A DNA stretch of 64,000 nt from Candidatus Eiseniibacteriota bacterium (GCA_963744995.1 CAVUWA010000009.1:128001-192000), one strand, 5' to 3'. Counted from the stretch's first letter, positions 36,261 through 47,680 are shown. Made by a program: numbers and translations. The notes: a model not told the origin generated them from the letters alone.

Positions 36261-38306
36261 TTGCAACGCCCGCTGCGGCCGGCGTTGCGGCTTGCGCTTC
36301 GGGCAGGCGCAGCGGCGCTCTTTGCCCTGGCGGCGACCGCCGGCGTCAGCGCCGCCGGCAATGCCTCGGGCGCGACCCCGTTCGAGACCCCGTTCGTGCG
36401 GCCGCCGCTCGATCCGCCCATCGTGCTCACCGGCGATTTCGGCGAGTCGCGCAGCGGCCGCTATCACGGCGGGCTGGATTTCTCGACCGGTGGCGCCATC
36501 GGTCGTCCCGTGCATGCGCCGCTCGCCGGCTGGATCGAGCGCGTGCGCGCCTCGGGCGCGGGCTACGGCCGCTCGATCTACCTGCACGCCGACGACGGGC
36601 GCCTGCTCGTGTTCGGCCACCTCGACGCGTTCGACGAACCGCTCGCGTCGTACGTCGACGCGGCCCAGGCGAGGCACGGCGTCTACGAGCAGGACCTCTG
36701 GCCGGGCAGGGACCACTTCCGCGTGAGCGCGGGCCAGCGCATCGCATGGACCGGTGAGAGCGGGGCGGGTCCCGCGCACATGCACCTCGAAGTGCGCCGC
36801 GGCGACGTGGCGTACAACCCGCTGCGCGCGGGGATGACCGCGGACGACGTGACGACGCCGGTGCTCAGGCGGCTCACGCTCGAGCCGCTGGATTCCCGCT
36901 CGTTCGTCGCGCGTTCGCCTGCGCCGTGGACGCTGCGACTGGACGGCGCGGCCGACACCGTGCTGGTCGAGGGCCGGGTGCGCGCCATCGTCGAGGCGAA
37001 GGACGGCGCGAGCGGCAACGGACTTCACTTCGCACCGTGGGCCACCGGCGTTTCGTTCGGCGCGCTCACGGTCGCGTGCCAGTTCGACAGCGCGACCTGG
37101 GGCGGCGACATGGCCGATGCCGACTACGTCTACGACCATGGCCGCTCGGGACCCGGCAACGGCCTGGTGCTCTGGTTCGACGGCGCGTTCCGGCCGACGG
37201 TGATCGTCGGCGGCTACGGGCGGAAGGACGCGGCGATCGAAGTGCATCCGGGGGATCCGCCCGTGCCGCTCGAGGTGAGCGCGGTGGACGTGGCCGGCCG
37301 CCGCGCGTCGCAGGTGATCTGGCTGCGCGGCCCGGCGCCGGACGAGATCGGGCCCGATACGTCGCGCACCGGTCCACCCGCGCCACATCGTGCCGAAGGG
37401 GGGTTCGAGCTCGGCATCCTTCCGGACCGCGAGCTGCGCGTGTCGCTGCTCGACGCGCCGGCGGGCAGCCGGCGGGTCACGGTGTGCGGCGCGCCCGCCG
37501 TGTGGAAGGGCGGGCGCTGGAGCGTGATCGTGCCGTTCGATTCGGTGCTGCAGGCGCCGCCGGGCGCCGCCGCGACGGAACGCACCGTGGTGCGGCTCGA
37601 GGCGCAGGGCGTCGCGCCGAACGGCAGGCCGTGGACGCGCGCCGAGCATCCGCACGCGCAGACGGACGACGGCTCGCGCTGGTCGTTCTCGCCGGCGGGG
37701 CCGTTCGACTGGTGGCTCGCCGCGGACGCGGTCTACGAGCCGGCGCTGCTCGCGCGCCGCAGGGAGCCCGCGCCGCACGGCACGTCGGAGCTCGTGCCGA
37801 TGAGCGAAACCTGGTCGCTCGATCCCGCCGACCTGCCGCTGCGCGCCGACGTGCGGCTGCGCTTCGCACTGCCCGAGGGCGTGCGCCCGGCGCGTGTCGA
37901 CGTCTACCGCGCCCGGGGGCGCGGCTGGGACGCGCTCGGCGCCGGGTACGACTCCACCGCACACGCGTTCGAGGCCGGCACGCGTCAGCTCGGCACCTTC
38001 GCGCTGTTCGCCGACACGCTCGCTCCGCGGGTGCGGCTCTACCGGCCGCGCGTGATCACGGCGCGTCCCGTCAGGCGCTGGTCGCTCGAGGCGCGCGTCA
38101 GCGAGGCGGGCAGCGGCGTGGATCGCGACCGCTCGTGGATCGAGGTCGACGGCCGGCGCATGCCGACCGAGTGGGACGGCGAGCGGCGGCGCCTGCGCTG
38201 GCGCCCGCCCCGGCGGCCCGCGCGCGGCACGCATGCGGTGATCGTCGTCGCCACCGACGCGGCGGGCAACACGCGCCGTCGGCGGGGAAGCTTTGTGATA
38301 AATTAG
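36261..38306 (+). CDS. M23 family metallopeptidase with long C-terminal region (start uncertain)
   Basis: GDFGESRSGRYHGGLDF (HxxxD), GYGRSIYL, FGHL, GPAHMHLEVR (HxH). Confidence 0.85.
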   Translation: MQRPLRPALRLALRAGAAALFALAATAGVSAAGNASGATPFETPFVRPPLDPPIVLTGDFGESRSGRYHGGLDFSTGGAIGRPVHAPLAGWIERVRASGAGYGRSIYLHADDGRLLVFGHLDAFDEPLASYVDAAQARHGVYEQDLWPGRDHFRVSAGQRIAWTGESGAGPAHMHLEVRRGDVAYNPLRAGMTADDVTTPVLRRLTLEPLDSRSFVARSPAPWTLRLDGAADTVLVEGRVRAIVEAKDGASGNGLHFAPWATGVSFGALTVACQFDSATWGGDMADADYVYDHGRSGPGNGLVLWFDGAFRPTVIVGGYGRKDAAIEVHPGDPPVPLEVSAVDVAGRRASQVIWLRGPAPDEIGPDTSRTGPPAPHRAEGGFELGILPDRELRVSLLDAPAGSRRVTVCGAPAVWKGGRWSVIVPFDSVLQAPPGAAATERTVVRLEAQGVAPNGRPWTRAEHPHAQTDDGSRWSFSPAGPFDWWLAADAVYEPALLARRREPAPHGTSELVPMSETWSLDPADLPLRADVRLRFALPEGVRPARVDVYRARGRGWDALGAGYDSTAHAFEAGTRQLGTFALFADTLAPRVRLYRPRVITARPVRRWSLEARVSEAGSGVDRDRSWIEVDGRRMPTEWDGERRRLRWRPPRRPARGTHAVIVVATDAAGNTRRRRGSFVIN

Positions 38307-38388
38307 CGCGGTCGACGGATGCCGCGGGCGAATCCCGCCGTCCATTCCAGGCCCCGACCGCGATCGACCCGCTGCGCAGGATGCGCCC

Positions 38389-41300
38389 TTGAAACACAGC
38401 GACTTCGTTCATCTCCACAATCACAGCGACTATTCGCTGCTGGACGGCGCGAATCCGATTCGCCGCATGGTCGCGCGCGCCGCCGAGTTGAAGATGCCCG
38501 CTCTGGCGCTCACCGACCACGGTTCGATGTTCGGGGCGGTGCAGTTCTACCAGGCGGCGCGCAAGGCGGGGGTGAAGCCGATCGTCGGCATGGAAGCCTA
38601 CGTGACGCGCGGCAACCGCAAGGAGCGCAGGCGCGACACGGCGCATCATCTCGTGCTGCTATGCCGCGACGAGCGCGGCTTCCGCAACCTCATGAAGCTG
38701 TCGTCGCTGGCCTTCCTCGAGGGGTTCTACTACAAGCCGCGCGTGGACCACGAGATCCTGGCGCAGCACGCGGAGGGGCTGATCGCGCTGTCGGCGTGCC
38801 CGAAGGGCGAGGTCGCCACCGATCTGGTGGAGGGCACCGAGGACGAGGCGGTGCGCACGGCCGGTCTCTACCAGGAGATCTTCGGCGCCGAACACTACTT
38901 CCTCGAAATGCAGAACCACGGGCTCGAGATCGAAGACCGGATCCGCGCCGGGGTCGAACGCCTGTCGCGCCGCACCGGAATCCCGCTGGTCGCGACCAAC
39001 GACTGTCACTACCTGAAGCACGAGGACGCCGCCGCGCACGACGTGCTGCTGTGCATCCAGACCGGCAAGAACGTCGACGACGTGAACCGGATGCGCTACG
39101 AGACCGATCAGGTCTACTTCAAGTCCGCCGAAGAAATGAAGCAGCTGTTCGCCGATCACCCCGAGGCGGTGCGCAACACCCTGGCGATCGCGGAACGCTG
39201 CAACCTGCAGCTCGAATTCGGCAAACCCCTGCTGCCGGCGTTCCCGCTGCCCGAGGGCGCCGAGAGCCCCGAGCAGTACCTGCGCGATCTGGCCTGGGGC
39301 GAGCTCAAGCAGCGCTACGGCGAGCTGACCGATACGCTGCGCGAGCGCATGGCGTACGAGCTCGACGTGATCTGCCGCATGGGATTCGCCTCGTATTTCC
39401 TGATCGTGCGCGACTTCATCGAGTACGCGCGCTCGCATGGCATCGGCGTGGGTCCGGGACGCGGCTCGGTGGCGGGCTCGCTGGTCGCCTACGCGCTCGG
39501 CATCACCGACATCGATCCGATCGAGCACCAGCTGATCTTCGAGCGCTTCCTGAATCCCGAGCGCGTGACGATGCCCGACATCGACATCGACTTCGACGAC
39601 CTGCGGCGCGGCGAGGTGATCGAATACGTGAAGGAGAAATACGGCGAGGGCAACGTCACCCAGATCATCACCTTCGGCACGATGGGCGCGAAAGGGGTGA
39701 TCCGCGACGTCGGCCGCGCGCTCGGCATGGCGTTCGCCGAGGTGGACCGCATCGCCAAGATGGTGCCCGACGGGCTCGGCATGACGCTCGACCGCGCGAT
39801 GGAGCTGGCGCCGGATCTCAAGAACCTGCCGAAGAAGGGGCCGCCGTTCGACCGGCTGCTGAAGAGCGCGGTGACCCTCGAAGGGCTCGCGCGGCACGCG
39901 TCCACACACGCCGCCGGCGTGCTGATCACCCCCGGCCCGCTCATGGACTACGTGCCGCTCTACCGCCAGAAGGACGATTCGATCACCACGCAGTGGGACA
40001 TGAAGTCCGTCGAGAAGGCCGGGCTGCTCAAGATGGACTTCCTCGGCCTGCGCACGCTGTCGGTGCTCGCCGAGGCGCGGGCGCTGGTGGGCCGGCATCA
40101 CGCCGTCGAGATCGACCTCAAGAAGCTGCCCATGGACGACGCGGAGACCTACCGGATCTTCCAGACCGCCGACACCGTCGCGATCTTCCAGTTCGAGTCG
40201 GCGGGCATGCGCGACTATCTCCGGCGGCTCAGGCCCACCGTATTCGCCGACCTCACCGCCATGAACGCGCTGTACCGCCCGGGCCCGATGGAGAACATTC
40301 CGTACTTCATCGACTGCAAGCACGGCCGCCAGGTCGCGAAGTACGATCACCCCGCGCTGAAGCCGATCCTCGAGGACACCTACGGCGTATTCGTGTACCA
40401 GGAGCAGGTGATGGCCGCCGCGAACGCGCTCGCCGGCTTCTCGATGGCGCAGGGCGACCTGCTGCGCCGCGCGATGGGGAAGAAGCTCGCCGAGGAGATG
40501 GACGCGCAGAAGAAGGCGTTCGTCGAAGGCTGCCGCAAGAACGGCATCGCCACCGCACGCGCCGAGAAGATCTTCGGCACGATGGAGAAGTTCGCCGGAT
40601 ACGGCTTCAACAAGAGTCATAGTGCCGCCTACGCGCTCGTCGCCTATCAGAGCGCCTATTTCAAGGCGCACTACCCGGCCGAGTTCATGGCGGCGACGCT
40701 CACCAGCGAGATGTCCGACAGCGCGCGCGTGGTCACGCTCATCGAAGAGTGCCGGCGCATGGGGATCGAGATCCTGGCGCCCGACGTGAACGCGTCGGCG
40801 TGGAAGTTCACCATCGAGGACGGGCGCATCCGCTACGGCCTCGGCGCGATCCGCAACGTCGGCCAGAACGCGGTCGAGAGCATCGTCGCCGCGCGGCAGA
40901 CGGGCGGCGCGTTCGCGGACCTGTTCGATCTCGCACGACGCCTCGACGGACGCGCGGTCAACCGCCGCGTGCTGGAGAGCCTGGTCGCGGCGGGGGCGTG
41001 CGACGCGTTCGGCATCGACCGCGGCATCCTCGCGGCGGGGGCGGGGCGCATGCTGGAACACGCGGCCGCGCTGCAGCGTGAGCGCGAAAGCGGGCAGTCC
41101 TCGCTGTTCGGCGAGGAGCCGGGCGGTGTTGCGGTGGCGGCGCCCGCGATGCCGGACGCCGAGCTCTGGTCGCACCGCGAGCGCAGCGCGAAGGAGAAGG
41201 AGGTGCTGGGCTTCTACTTCTCCGATCACCCGCTGGTGCCGATGCGCGAGGCGCTCGCGCGGGTGGCGACGCACCTCGCCGTGGACGCGGCGCAGTGCGA

Positions 41301-41817
41301 GGACGGCACCGAAGTGCGGCTCGCCGGTCTGCTCGGCGAGGTGCGCCGCATCACTACGCGTGCGGGCAAGCAGATGGCTGCGGTGCAGTTCGAGGATCTT
41401 TCCGGCCGCATCGAGGTGACGGTGTTCCCCGAAGCCTACGAGACGCATCGTGAGCGGCTGCTGCCGGAGTCGATCGTCGTGCTGACCGGGCGGATCGAGG
41501 CGAGCGAGGACCGCGGCTCGAAGCTGCTGCTCGCCAATCTCGAGCCGTTCGAGGCGGCTCAGGAAACCTACCGGCCCTGCCTGCACATCGAAGTGCGTGC
41601 CGAGGCACTGTCGGAGCGCCAGCTCGAAGGCATCGACGAAGTGCTTTCATCCCACGCCGGGCCGTGCGAGGTTTACCTGCACATCGTGCGGCCCGATCAT
41701 TCGCGCCTGGCGATGCGCTCGAAGCGCTTTCGCGTGGTGGAAAGGGACACCGTGATGCGCGCGCTCAAGGAGCGCGTGAGCGGGCTGCGCACGTGGTGGG
41801 GGAAAGGAGCCGGATGA
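38389..41817 (+). CDS. dnaE: DNA polymerase III subunit alpha
   Basis: FVHLHNHSDYSLLDG PHP domain, GPGRGS, FERFLNPER..PDIDIDF, KMDFLGL, YGFNKSH, OB fold. Confidence 0.98.
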   Translation: MKHSDFVHLHNHSDYSLLDGANPIRRMVARAAELKMPALALTDHGSMFGAVQFYQAARKAGVKPIVGMEAYVTRGNRKERRRDTAHHLVLLCRDERGFRNLMKLSSLAFLEGFYYKPRVDHEILAQHAEGLIALSACPKGEVATDLVEGTEDEAVRTAGLYQEIFGAEHYFLEMQNHGLEIEDRIRAGVERLSRRTGIPLVATNDCHYLKHEDAAAHDVLLCIQTGKNVDDVNRMRYETDQVYFKSAEEMKQLFADHPEAVRNTLAIAERCNLQLEFGKPLLPAFPLPEGAESPEQYLRDLAWGELKQRYGELTDTLRERMAYELDVICRMGFASYFLIVRDFIEYARSHGIGVGPGRGSVAGSLVAYALGITDIDPIEHQLIFERFLNPERVTMPDIDIDFDDLRRGEVIEYVKEKYGEGNVTQIITFGTMGAKGVIRDVGRALGMAFAEVDRIAKMVPDGLGMTLDRAMELAPDLKNLPKKGPPFDRLLKSAVTLEGLARHASTHAAGVLITPGPLMDYVPLYRQKDDSITTQWDMKSVEKAGLLKMDFLGLRTLSVLAEARALVGRHHAVEIDLKKLPMDDAETYRIFQTADTVAIFQFESAGMRDYLRRLRPTVFADLTAMNALYRPGPMENIPYFIDCKHGRQVAKYDHPALKPILEDTYGVFVYQEQVMAAANALAGFSMAQGDLLRRAMGKKLAEEMDAQKKAFVEGCRKNGIATARAEKIFGTMEKFAGYGFNKSHSAAYALVAYQSAYFKAHYPAEFMAATLTSEMSDSARVVTLIEECRRMGIEILAPDVNASAWKFTIEDGRIRYGLGAIRNVGQNAVESIVAARQTGGAFADLFDLARRLDGRAVNRRVLESLVAAGACDAFGIDRGILAAGAGRMLEHAAALQRERESGQSSLFGEEPGGVAVAAPAMPDAELWSHRERSAKEKEVLGFYFSDHPLVPMREALARVATHLAVDAAQCEDGTEVRLAGLLGEVRRITTRAGKQMAAVQFEDLSGRIEVTVFPEAYETHRERLLPESIVVLTGRIEASEDRGSKLLLANLEPFEAAQETYRPCLHIEVRAEALSERQLEGIDEVLSSHAGPCEVYLHIVRPDHSRLAMRSKRFRVVERDTVMRALKERVSGLRTWWGKGAG

Positions 41818-42776
41818 GCGCCTGGCTGGATTTCGAGAAGCCCGTGCTCGAGCTCGAGCAGAAGATCGAAGAGCTGCGCGACCAGGCGAACGAGCGCGGG
41901 CTCGACGCCGACAAGGAGCTGGAGGATCTCGAGCGCAAGGCCGAGCAGCTGCGCCGCGAGATCTACTCCGGTCTCACGCCGTACCAGCGCGTGCAACTCG
42001 CGCGGCACCCGCGGCGGCCCTACTCGCTCGACTACATCGGGGCGATCTTCCAGGACTTCGACGAGCTGCACGGCGACCGCGGATTCGCGGACGATCCGGC
42101 GATCGTCGCGGGGCCCTGCATGCTCGATGGGCGGCCGGTGATGGTGATCGGGCAGCAGAAGGGGCGCGACACGAAGGAGAACCTCAAGCGCCGCTTCGGC
42201 ATGCCCAACCCGGAGGGCTACCGGAAGGCGCTGCGGCTGATGCGGATGGCCGACCGCTTCTCGATGCCGATCGTGACGCTCGTGGACACGCCGGGCGCCT
42301 ATCCCGGTCTCGGCGCCGAGGAGCGCGGGCAGGCCGAGGCGATCGCGGTCAACCTGCGCGAGATGGCGCGCCTCACGGTGCCGATCGTGACCGCGGTGAT
42401 CGGCGAAGGCGGCTCGGGGGGCGCGCTGGCGATCGCCGTCAGCAACGTGGTGCTGATGTTCGAGAACTCGGTGTATTCGGTGATCTCTCCCGAAGGCTGC
42501 GCGTCGATCCTGTGGCGCGACGGCAAAAAGGCGTCGCTCGCCGCCGCGGCGCTCAAGCTCACCGGACGCGACCTCGCCCAGCTCGGGATCGTGGACGGCA
42601 TCCTGCCCGAGCCCGTGGGGGGCGCCCATCGCGACCCCGCGACGGCCGCCGCCACCCTGAAGGACGCGCTGACGGAGCACCTGGACCGGCTGGCGGCCCT
42701 CGCTCCCGGAGCGCTGGTCGAAGATCGGCTGAAGAAGTTCCGCCGCATGGGGGTATATACGGAGGGCGGCGCTTGA
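41814..42776 (+). CDS. accA: Acetyl-CoA carboxylase carboxyltransferase subunit alpha
   Basis: LDFEKP, ARHPRRP, ELHGDR, FGMPNPEGYRKA, GEGGSGGALA, SVISPEGCA; ATGA overlap with dnaE. Confidence 0.98.
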   Translation: MSAWLDFEKPVLELEQKIEELRDQANERGLDADKELEDLERKAEQLRREIYSGLTPYQRVQLARHPRRPYSLDYIGAIFQDFDELHGDRGFADDPAIVAGPCMLDGRPVMVIGQQKGRDTKENLKRRFGMPNPEGYRKALRLMRMADRFSMPIVTLVDTPGAYPGLGAEERGQAEAIAVNLREMARLTVPIVTAVIGEGGSGGALAIAVSNVVLMFENSVYSVISPEGCASILWRDGKKASLAAAALKLTGRDLAQLGIVDGILPEPVGGAHRDPATAAATLKDALTEHLDRLAALAPGALVEDRLKKFRRMGVYTEGGA

Positions 42777-42958
42777 AGGGGCGCCGAGCCCGCTGCTAGA
42801 CTTGCGCTCCACCCGTTTCCCGCGCGGCCGGGGACCCGGCGGCCGCCGCCTCGAGGGCACGCCATCGCATCTGGTTACGCGTCGTTTCCCTATGTCTCCC
42901 GCGCACGGTGCTGCGTGCCGTGCGGCCCGGCGTTACCGCGAACCCCGAGGAAGCTAAG

Positions 42959-43126
42959 ATGGCTCTGACTCCCGATCTGCTGAACATCCTGGTATGCCCG
43001 GCCTGCAAGGGCGACCTGGCCTACGACGAGGCGGCGGGCACGCTGACGTGTGAGGCGTGCCGTCTGCGCTACAAGGTCGTCGACGACATTCCGGTGATGC
43101 TGATCGACGAGGCCGAGAAGTTCTGA
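42959..43126 (+). CDS. Trm112-like (YcaR/UPF0434) protein
   Basis: [35 protein letters not shown]. Confidence 0.9.
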   Translation: MALTPDLLNILVCPACKGDLAYDEAAGTLTCEACRLRYKVVDDIPVMLIDEAEKF

Positions 43127-43149
43127 GCGCCGCGAAAGATCCTTCATCG

Positions 43150-46100
43150 ATGGTGCGTCCCTCGGGGTTCCACGCCCCGCTCGTCCCGTGCTTCGCCCTC
43201 GCCGTCGCGCTCTGCGTGGCCGGGTCCGCATCCGCCGCACCGGCGGTCCCGCGGGCGGCGGGCGATGCGGACGGCCTGCTCGCGCCGCGTGACGTGACGG
43301 CCGGAGCGGCGCCGCGCGTGCTGCCGGGCGGCGTGAGGGTCCCGACGCCCGCCGGGCCGCCCGCCGCCGCGCCCGGTCTCGAAGCGGCGCGGGCGGGGGT
43401 GCGGCTCGTCGGAGCCGGATCCGCGAGCGTCCAGTTCGAGGTCGCCGTTCCGGAGCCGGACGTTCGAGCGCTGGAGGGGGGACGGGGGTTCCAGTCGCTG
43501 ACGCTCGACGGCTACGACCTGCGCGGCGAGGTGGGCGGTCCCGCGCTGCCGCGGCGTGAAGTGTTCGTCGCAGTGCCGCCCACCGGCGCAGTGCGGGTGC
43601 GGGCGATCGGCCTCGACGCGGCGCGCCGGGGGCCGTTGCGGCTCGCGCCGCTCCCGGCGGCCGGGGCCGGCGCGTCCGAAGCGGTTCGCTACGACGCACT
43701 CCCCGAAGCCTACGCGCGCGGCAGCGATGCGGCCCCCGAGCGCGCCCGGCTGCTCGGCGTATCGTGGATGCGCGGGCAACGCGTGGCCGAAATCGAGATC
43801 CTGCCGGTGTCCTACGTGCCGGCCACCGGCGTGACGAACGTGTACGCGCGGATCGCGGTGACGGTCGAATTCTCCGGCGCTGCGGTCTCCGGCCCGCCGG
43901 CGGCGGAACCGACCCGTCCCGATCCGTTCGAAGGTGTCTACCGCAGCGTGCTCGTCAACTACGAACAGGGTCGCGCCTGGCGCCGGCCGCTCGAAGGCGG
44001 CCGGGCCGCGCGACCGGCCGGCGTTCAGGGGGTCGTCACGGTGCCGGACACCAGCGTGTTCGCCGGCCGTACCTGGGCGAAGATCGTGATCTCGAAGACC
44101 GGTTTCTACCGCGTGAACTTCGCGTCGCTCGCCCTGCTCCCGGAATTCGCCGGCACCACCGGCACGAAACTCGATTCACTGCGCATGTTCACCTGGCCCG
44201 GCTTCCCGGTCCTGCCGGAGGCCAGCTACTGCGACTCTTGCGACTTCCGCGAGGTGGCGATCTCGGTGATCGACGGAGCGTCCGGCGACGGCGAGTTCGA
44301 CGACAGCGACGACTACCTCGAGTTCTTCGCGATGGGCCCGAGCGACTGGGCCGACCTCTACGATCCGGCCCGGCCGGACACGGTGTTCATCAACAATCCC
44401 TACGAGACGAACAGCTACTACTACCTGACGATCGCCACCGCGTCGCTGCCGGTCGGCGGAGTGCCGCGCCGCTACGGCAATCGCTCCGGGCAGATCCTGA
44501 ACGGTGCGGCGGCGACCCCCGCCACGTTCGAGGCCCGGCAGCACTTCGAGAAGGACCTCGAGTACTTCCCGGATGCCACGACCCGGAACAACTTCGACGT
44601 CGTGAACACGCTGTTCTGGGAGAAGTGGTTCTGGCGCAGCTTCACCGGGAGTCCGGGCTTCAGCCCGACGTTCGACCTGCCGAACCTCGATCCGTCGCTG
44701 CCGGCGCGGGTGCGCACCAGCGTGTGGGGGATCAGCACGTCGGCCCCGTGCGCGACCGCCAATCACGCGGCGCGCGTGTCCGTGAACGGCGGCCCGGCCA
44801 CCCTGCGCTACTGGGGCCCGACGTCGAGCCCGCCGACCAACACCGGCCACATCTTCGACGACTCGCTCGCTGCGGGGGCCCTGATGGAGGCCGGCAACAC
44901 GCTCGCGGTCGATGCCGCGCCGCTGCCGTGCCCCACCATCTCACAGCGGGTCGCCCTGGCCTGGTTCGACGTGTTCTATCCGCAGCGCTACGCGGCGATC
45001 GACGACGCGCTCACATTCGACGGACCGCGCTCGCCCGGCGACTACATCTATCGCGTGACGGGCTTCACGGTGTCGACCCCGCCGCGGGTGATCGACGTCA
45101 CGGACGCGTACGGGCCGGTCGAGATCACGAATCTGGAATATGCGGACGCCGGCAACGGCACATGGACCCTGCGCTTCGAGAGCGTCGAGCCCGGCCGGCG
45201 CCGCTACCGCATCATTCAGCCGGCGGACGTGATCGACCTCACGTCGACCTCGCTGCGCAGTGCGCTGGCGACGAGCACCGAGAACCTGCGCTCGCCGTCG
45301 CTGGGCGCCGACTACGTGGTGATCTACTACGACCCGTTCAAGCCGGCGGCGGACTCGCTGCTGGCCTGGCGGGAGAGCCACCTGCCGCTGGTCGGCGGCA
45401 CGGCGCCGTACCTGACGATGGGGGTGCCGATCTCGGCCCTGTTCGATCAGTTCTCGGGCGGCCGCACCGACCCCGCGGCGATCCGCAACTTCCTGCGCGC
45501 CGCCGCCACCAACTGGAGCCGGGTTCCGGCTTTCGTCACGCTGCTCGGCGACGCCTCCTACGACTTCAAGGACTACCTGGGCCGCGCCCGGTCGGGCGAC
45601 CCCGGATCGCTGCTGCCGTCGTATGAAAACGGCTTCGACACGAACCCCAGCGTGCGCCGGCAGTATTCGACGGACGACTGGCTCCTCAACGTGGACGACG
45701 CGACGAGGATCATCCCCGACTTCTACGGCGGGCGCATTCCCGCCGGCGACCTGGCGGCTGCGAACACCTACGTTCGGAAGAAGCTGCTGGCGTACGAGCG
45801 GAGCGGCGTGTACGGCGACTTCCGCAACCGTTTCATGCTGATCGCCGACGACGACAAGCAGGGTTCGAATCCCGACAATCTGCAGTGGACGCACGTGCAC
45901 CAGACGGCGCAACTGGACGAGAATTTCACGCCGGTGCACATCGATCGCCAGTACGTCTACCTGCACAAGTACCCGGACGGTCCGGGCAGCACCAAGCCCG
46001 GCGCCAAGGCCGACATCATCAACGGCATCGACGAGGGCGTCGCGGTGGTGAACTTCGTCGGCCACGGCAGTCCGTTCAAGATGGCCGACGAGAGCGTGTT

Positions 46101-47580
46101 CCTCGACACCGACGCGGGTGCGCTCACCAACGCCGACCGGCTCGCCGTGTTCATCGCCGCCTCGTGCGACATCGGCAAGTTCAACGATCCGACCGTGCCG
46201 AGTCTGGGGGAGCGTCTGGTGCTGGGCGGCAACGGTGGCGCAGTCGGCGTGATCTCGGCCACCGAGCTGGCCTTGAGCAGCCAGAATTCGCAGCTCAACC
46301 AGACGGTGTACAGCGGCATCTTCAACCGGGGCGCGGGCGGCCCGTACGAAGAGGGGCTGGCGCAGGCGCTGCTCGCGGCCAAGCTGGGCTCTTCGACGAC
46401 GCAGAAGTACCAGCTGATGGGCGACTCCGGACTGAGACTCAATCTGCCGCGGCTCTGGGCCGAGATGACCCTCTGGGACTCGGCCGGCACGACGCCCGAG
46501 ACCGAGATCACACGCGGGCGCACGCTCATGGTGCGCGGTCAGATGTACGACTATCCGGGCGGCAGTCCGCTCGCTTATGACGGTGTGGCCTCGCTGCTGA
46601 TCGAGGATTCGGCGCCCTACGAGCAGACCCCGCCGTGCACCTTCGACCCGAATTGTTTCCGCTACTACTACTACTACACGGCCGGCCCCGTGTTCCGCGG
46701 TGACGTTGCGGTGCGCGGCGGTGTGTTCGAGAGCCGCTTCATCGTGCCCATGGAAAGCCGGCTCGGCGGCCACGGAAGGCTGCGTGCCTACTTCCACGAT
46801 GCCAGCAACGGCGGCACGGCGGTGAGCATCGACGGCGTCGGCGGCGAGCGGATGCCGGTCGCGACGGGCAGCGCTCCGGCCGGGGACACCGAGGGCCCGC
46901 TGATCACGCTGTCGTTCCCGGGCGGGGCCACGACGGTCAAGCCCGACGCGACGCTCACGATCGGCCTCGCGGACCCGAGCGGGATCCTCACCACGGGGCA
47001 CACGCTGCAGAACGGGATCATCGTCACGGTGGACGACAACACCACGGCGCGCGTGGACGTCACCGACTCGTTCCGCTACGCCGCGGACTCGTATCAGTCG
47101 GGGACGGCGACCTTCCAGCTTCCGAACCTCGATCCGGGGTCGCACAGCATCCGGGTCTCGGCGGCGGACAATCTGGCGGCGGGCCTCGATGCGGCCGCGC
47201 ATCGCGCCAGTGCCGTACTGTCGTTCGACGTGCAGACGCAGCCGCGCCTCAGGATCGCCCGGGCCTACCTGTTCCCGAACCCGATCCGCTCGGGCGGGGC
47301 CGGTTCGGGAGGGCAGTTCGTGGTGGACGTCCCCGGCGACTCGGTCAATGTGCTGATCCGGATCTATACGGTGTCGGGCCGGCAGGTGAAGGCCCTGCGG
47401 GCCTATGGCGGCCTGGGCCAGGTGCAGCTGCCCTGGGACGGTCGGGACTCCGAAGGAGCGGAGCTCGCCAATGGCGTGTATCTTTTCAAGGTCCACGTGA
47501 ATCCCCGGGACGAGCTCGGGGAAAGCGACGCCTCACGGAAGGCCACGGCGGAGGGCCGGGTGGTGGTCGTGGGGCATTGA
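43150..47580 (+). CDS. porU: Type IX secretion sortase PorU-like C25 (gingipain-family) peptidase
   Basis: Signal peptide; KTGFYRV; FSGG..DPAAIRNFLR; LLGDASYD; GRIP; catalytic NFVGHG and AASC; QLMGD; DTEGP..I; own CTD (FPNP..IYTVSGR..WDG..NGVY); directly upstream of porV. Confidence 0.85.
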   Translation: MVRPSGFHAPLVPCFALAVALCVAGSASAAPAVPRAAGDADGLLAPRDVTAGAAPRVLPGGVRVPTPAGPPAAAPGLEAARAGVRLVGAGSASVQFEVAVPEPDVRALEGGRGFQSLTLDGYDLRGEVGGPALPRREVFVAVPPTGAVRVRAIGLDAARRGPLRLAPLPAAGAGASEAVRYDALPEAYARGSDAAPERARLLGVSWMRGQRVAEIEILPVSYVPATGVTNVYARIAVTVEFSGAAVSGPPAAEPTRPDPFEGVYRSVLVNYEQGRAWRRPLEGGRAARPAGVQGVVTVPDTSVFAGRTWAKIVISKTGFYRVNFASLALLPEFAGTTGTKLDSLRMFTWPGFPVLPEASYCDSCDFREVAISVIDGASGDGEFDDSDDYLEFFAMGPSDWADLYDPARPDTVFINNPYETNSYYYLTIATASLPVGGVPRRYGNRSGQILNGAAATPATFEARQHFEKDLEYFPDATTRNNFDVVNTLFWEKWFWRSFTGSPGFSPTFDLPNLDPSLPARVRTSVWGISTSAPCATANHAARVSVNGGPATLRYWGPTSSPPTNTGHIFDDSLAAGALMEAGNTLAVDAAPLPCPTISQRVALAWFDVFYPQRYAAIDDALTFDGPRSPGDYIYRVTGFTVSTPPRVIDVTDAYGPVEITNLEYADAGNGTWTLRFESVEPGRRRYRIIQPADVIDLTSTSLRSALATSTENLRSPSLGADYVVIYYDPFKPAADSLLAWRESHLPLVGGTAPYLTMGVPISALFDQFSGGRTDPAAIRNFLRAAATNWSRVPAFVTLLGDASYDFKDYLGRARSGDPGSLLPSYENGFDTNPSVRRQYSTDDWLLNVDDATRIIPDFYGGRIPAGDLAAANTYVRKKLLAYERSGVYGDFRNRFMLIADDDKQGSNPDNLQWTHVHQTAQLDENFTPVHIDRQYVYLHKYPDGPGSTKPGAKADIINGIDEGVAVVNFVGHGSPFKMADESVFLDTDAGALTNADRLAVFIAASCDIGKFNDPTVPSLGERLVLGGNGGAVGVISATELALSSQNSQLNQTVYSGIFNRGAGGPYEEGLAQALLAAKLGSSTTQKYQLMGDSGLRLNLPRLWAEMTLWDSAGTTPETEITRGRTLMVRGQMYDYPGGSPLAYDGVASLLIEDSAPYEQTPPCTFDPNCFRYYYYYTAGPVFRGDVAVRGGVFESRFIVPMESRLGGHGRLRAYFHDASNGGTAVSIDGVGGERMPVATGSAPAGDTEGPLITLSFPGGATTVKPDATLTIGLADPSGILTTGHTLQNGIIVTVDDNTTARVDVTDSFRYAADSYQSGTATFQLPNLDPGSHSIRVSAADNLAAGLDAAAHRASAVLSFDVQTQPRLRIARAYLFPNPIRSGGAGSGGQFVVDVPGDSVNVLIRIYTVSGRQVKALRAYGGLGQVQLPWDGRDSEGAELANGVYLFKVHVNPRDELGESDASRKATAEGRVVVVGH

Positions 47581-47680
47581 GGACCCTCAAAATGATGGAG
47601 AAAGGCCTCAGCCTGCGGTGTAGTATGGCGGCCTGCCCCTTTGTCGGAGCCCTGATTCGTTCGGGAGGACTGGAGAATCC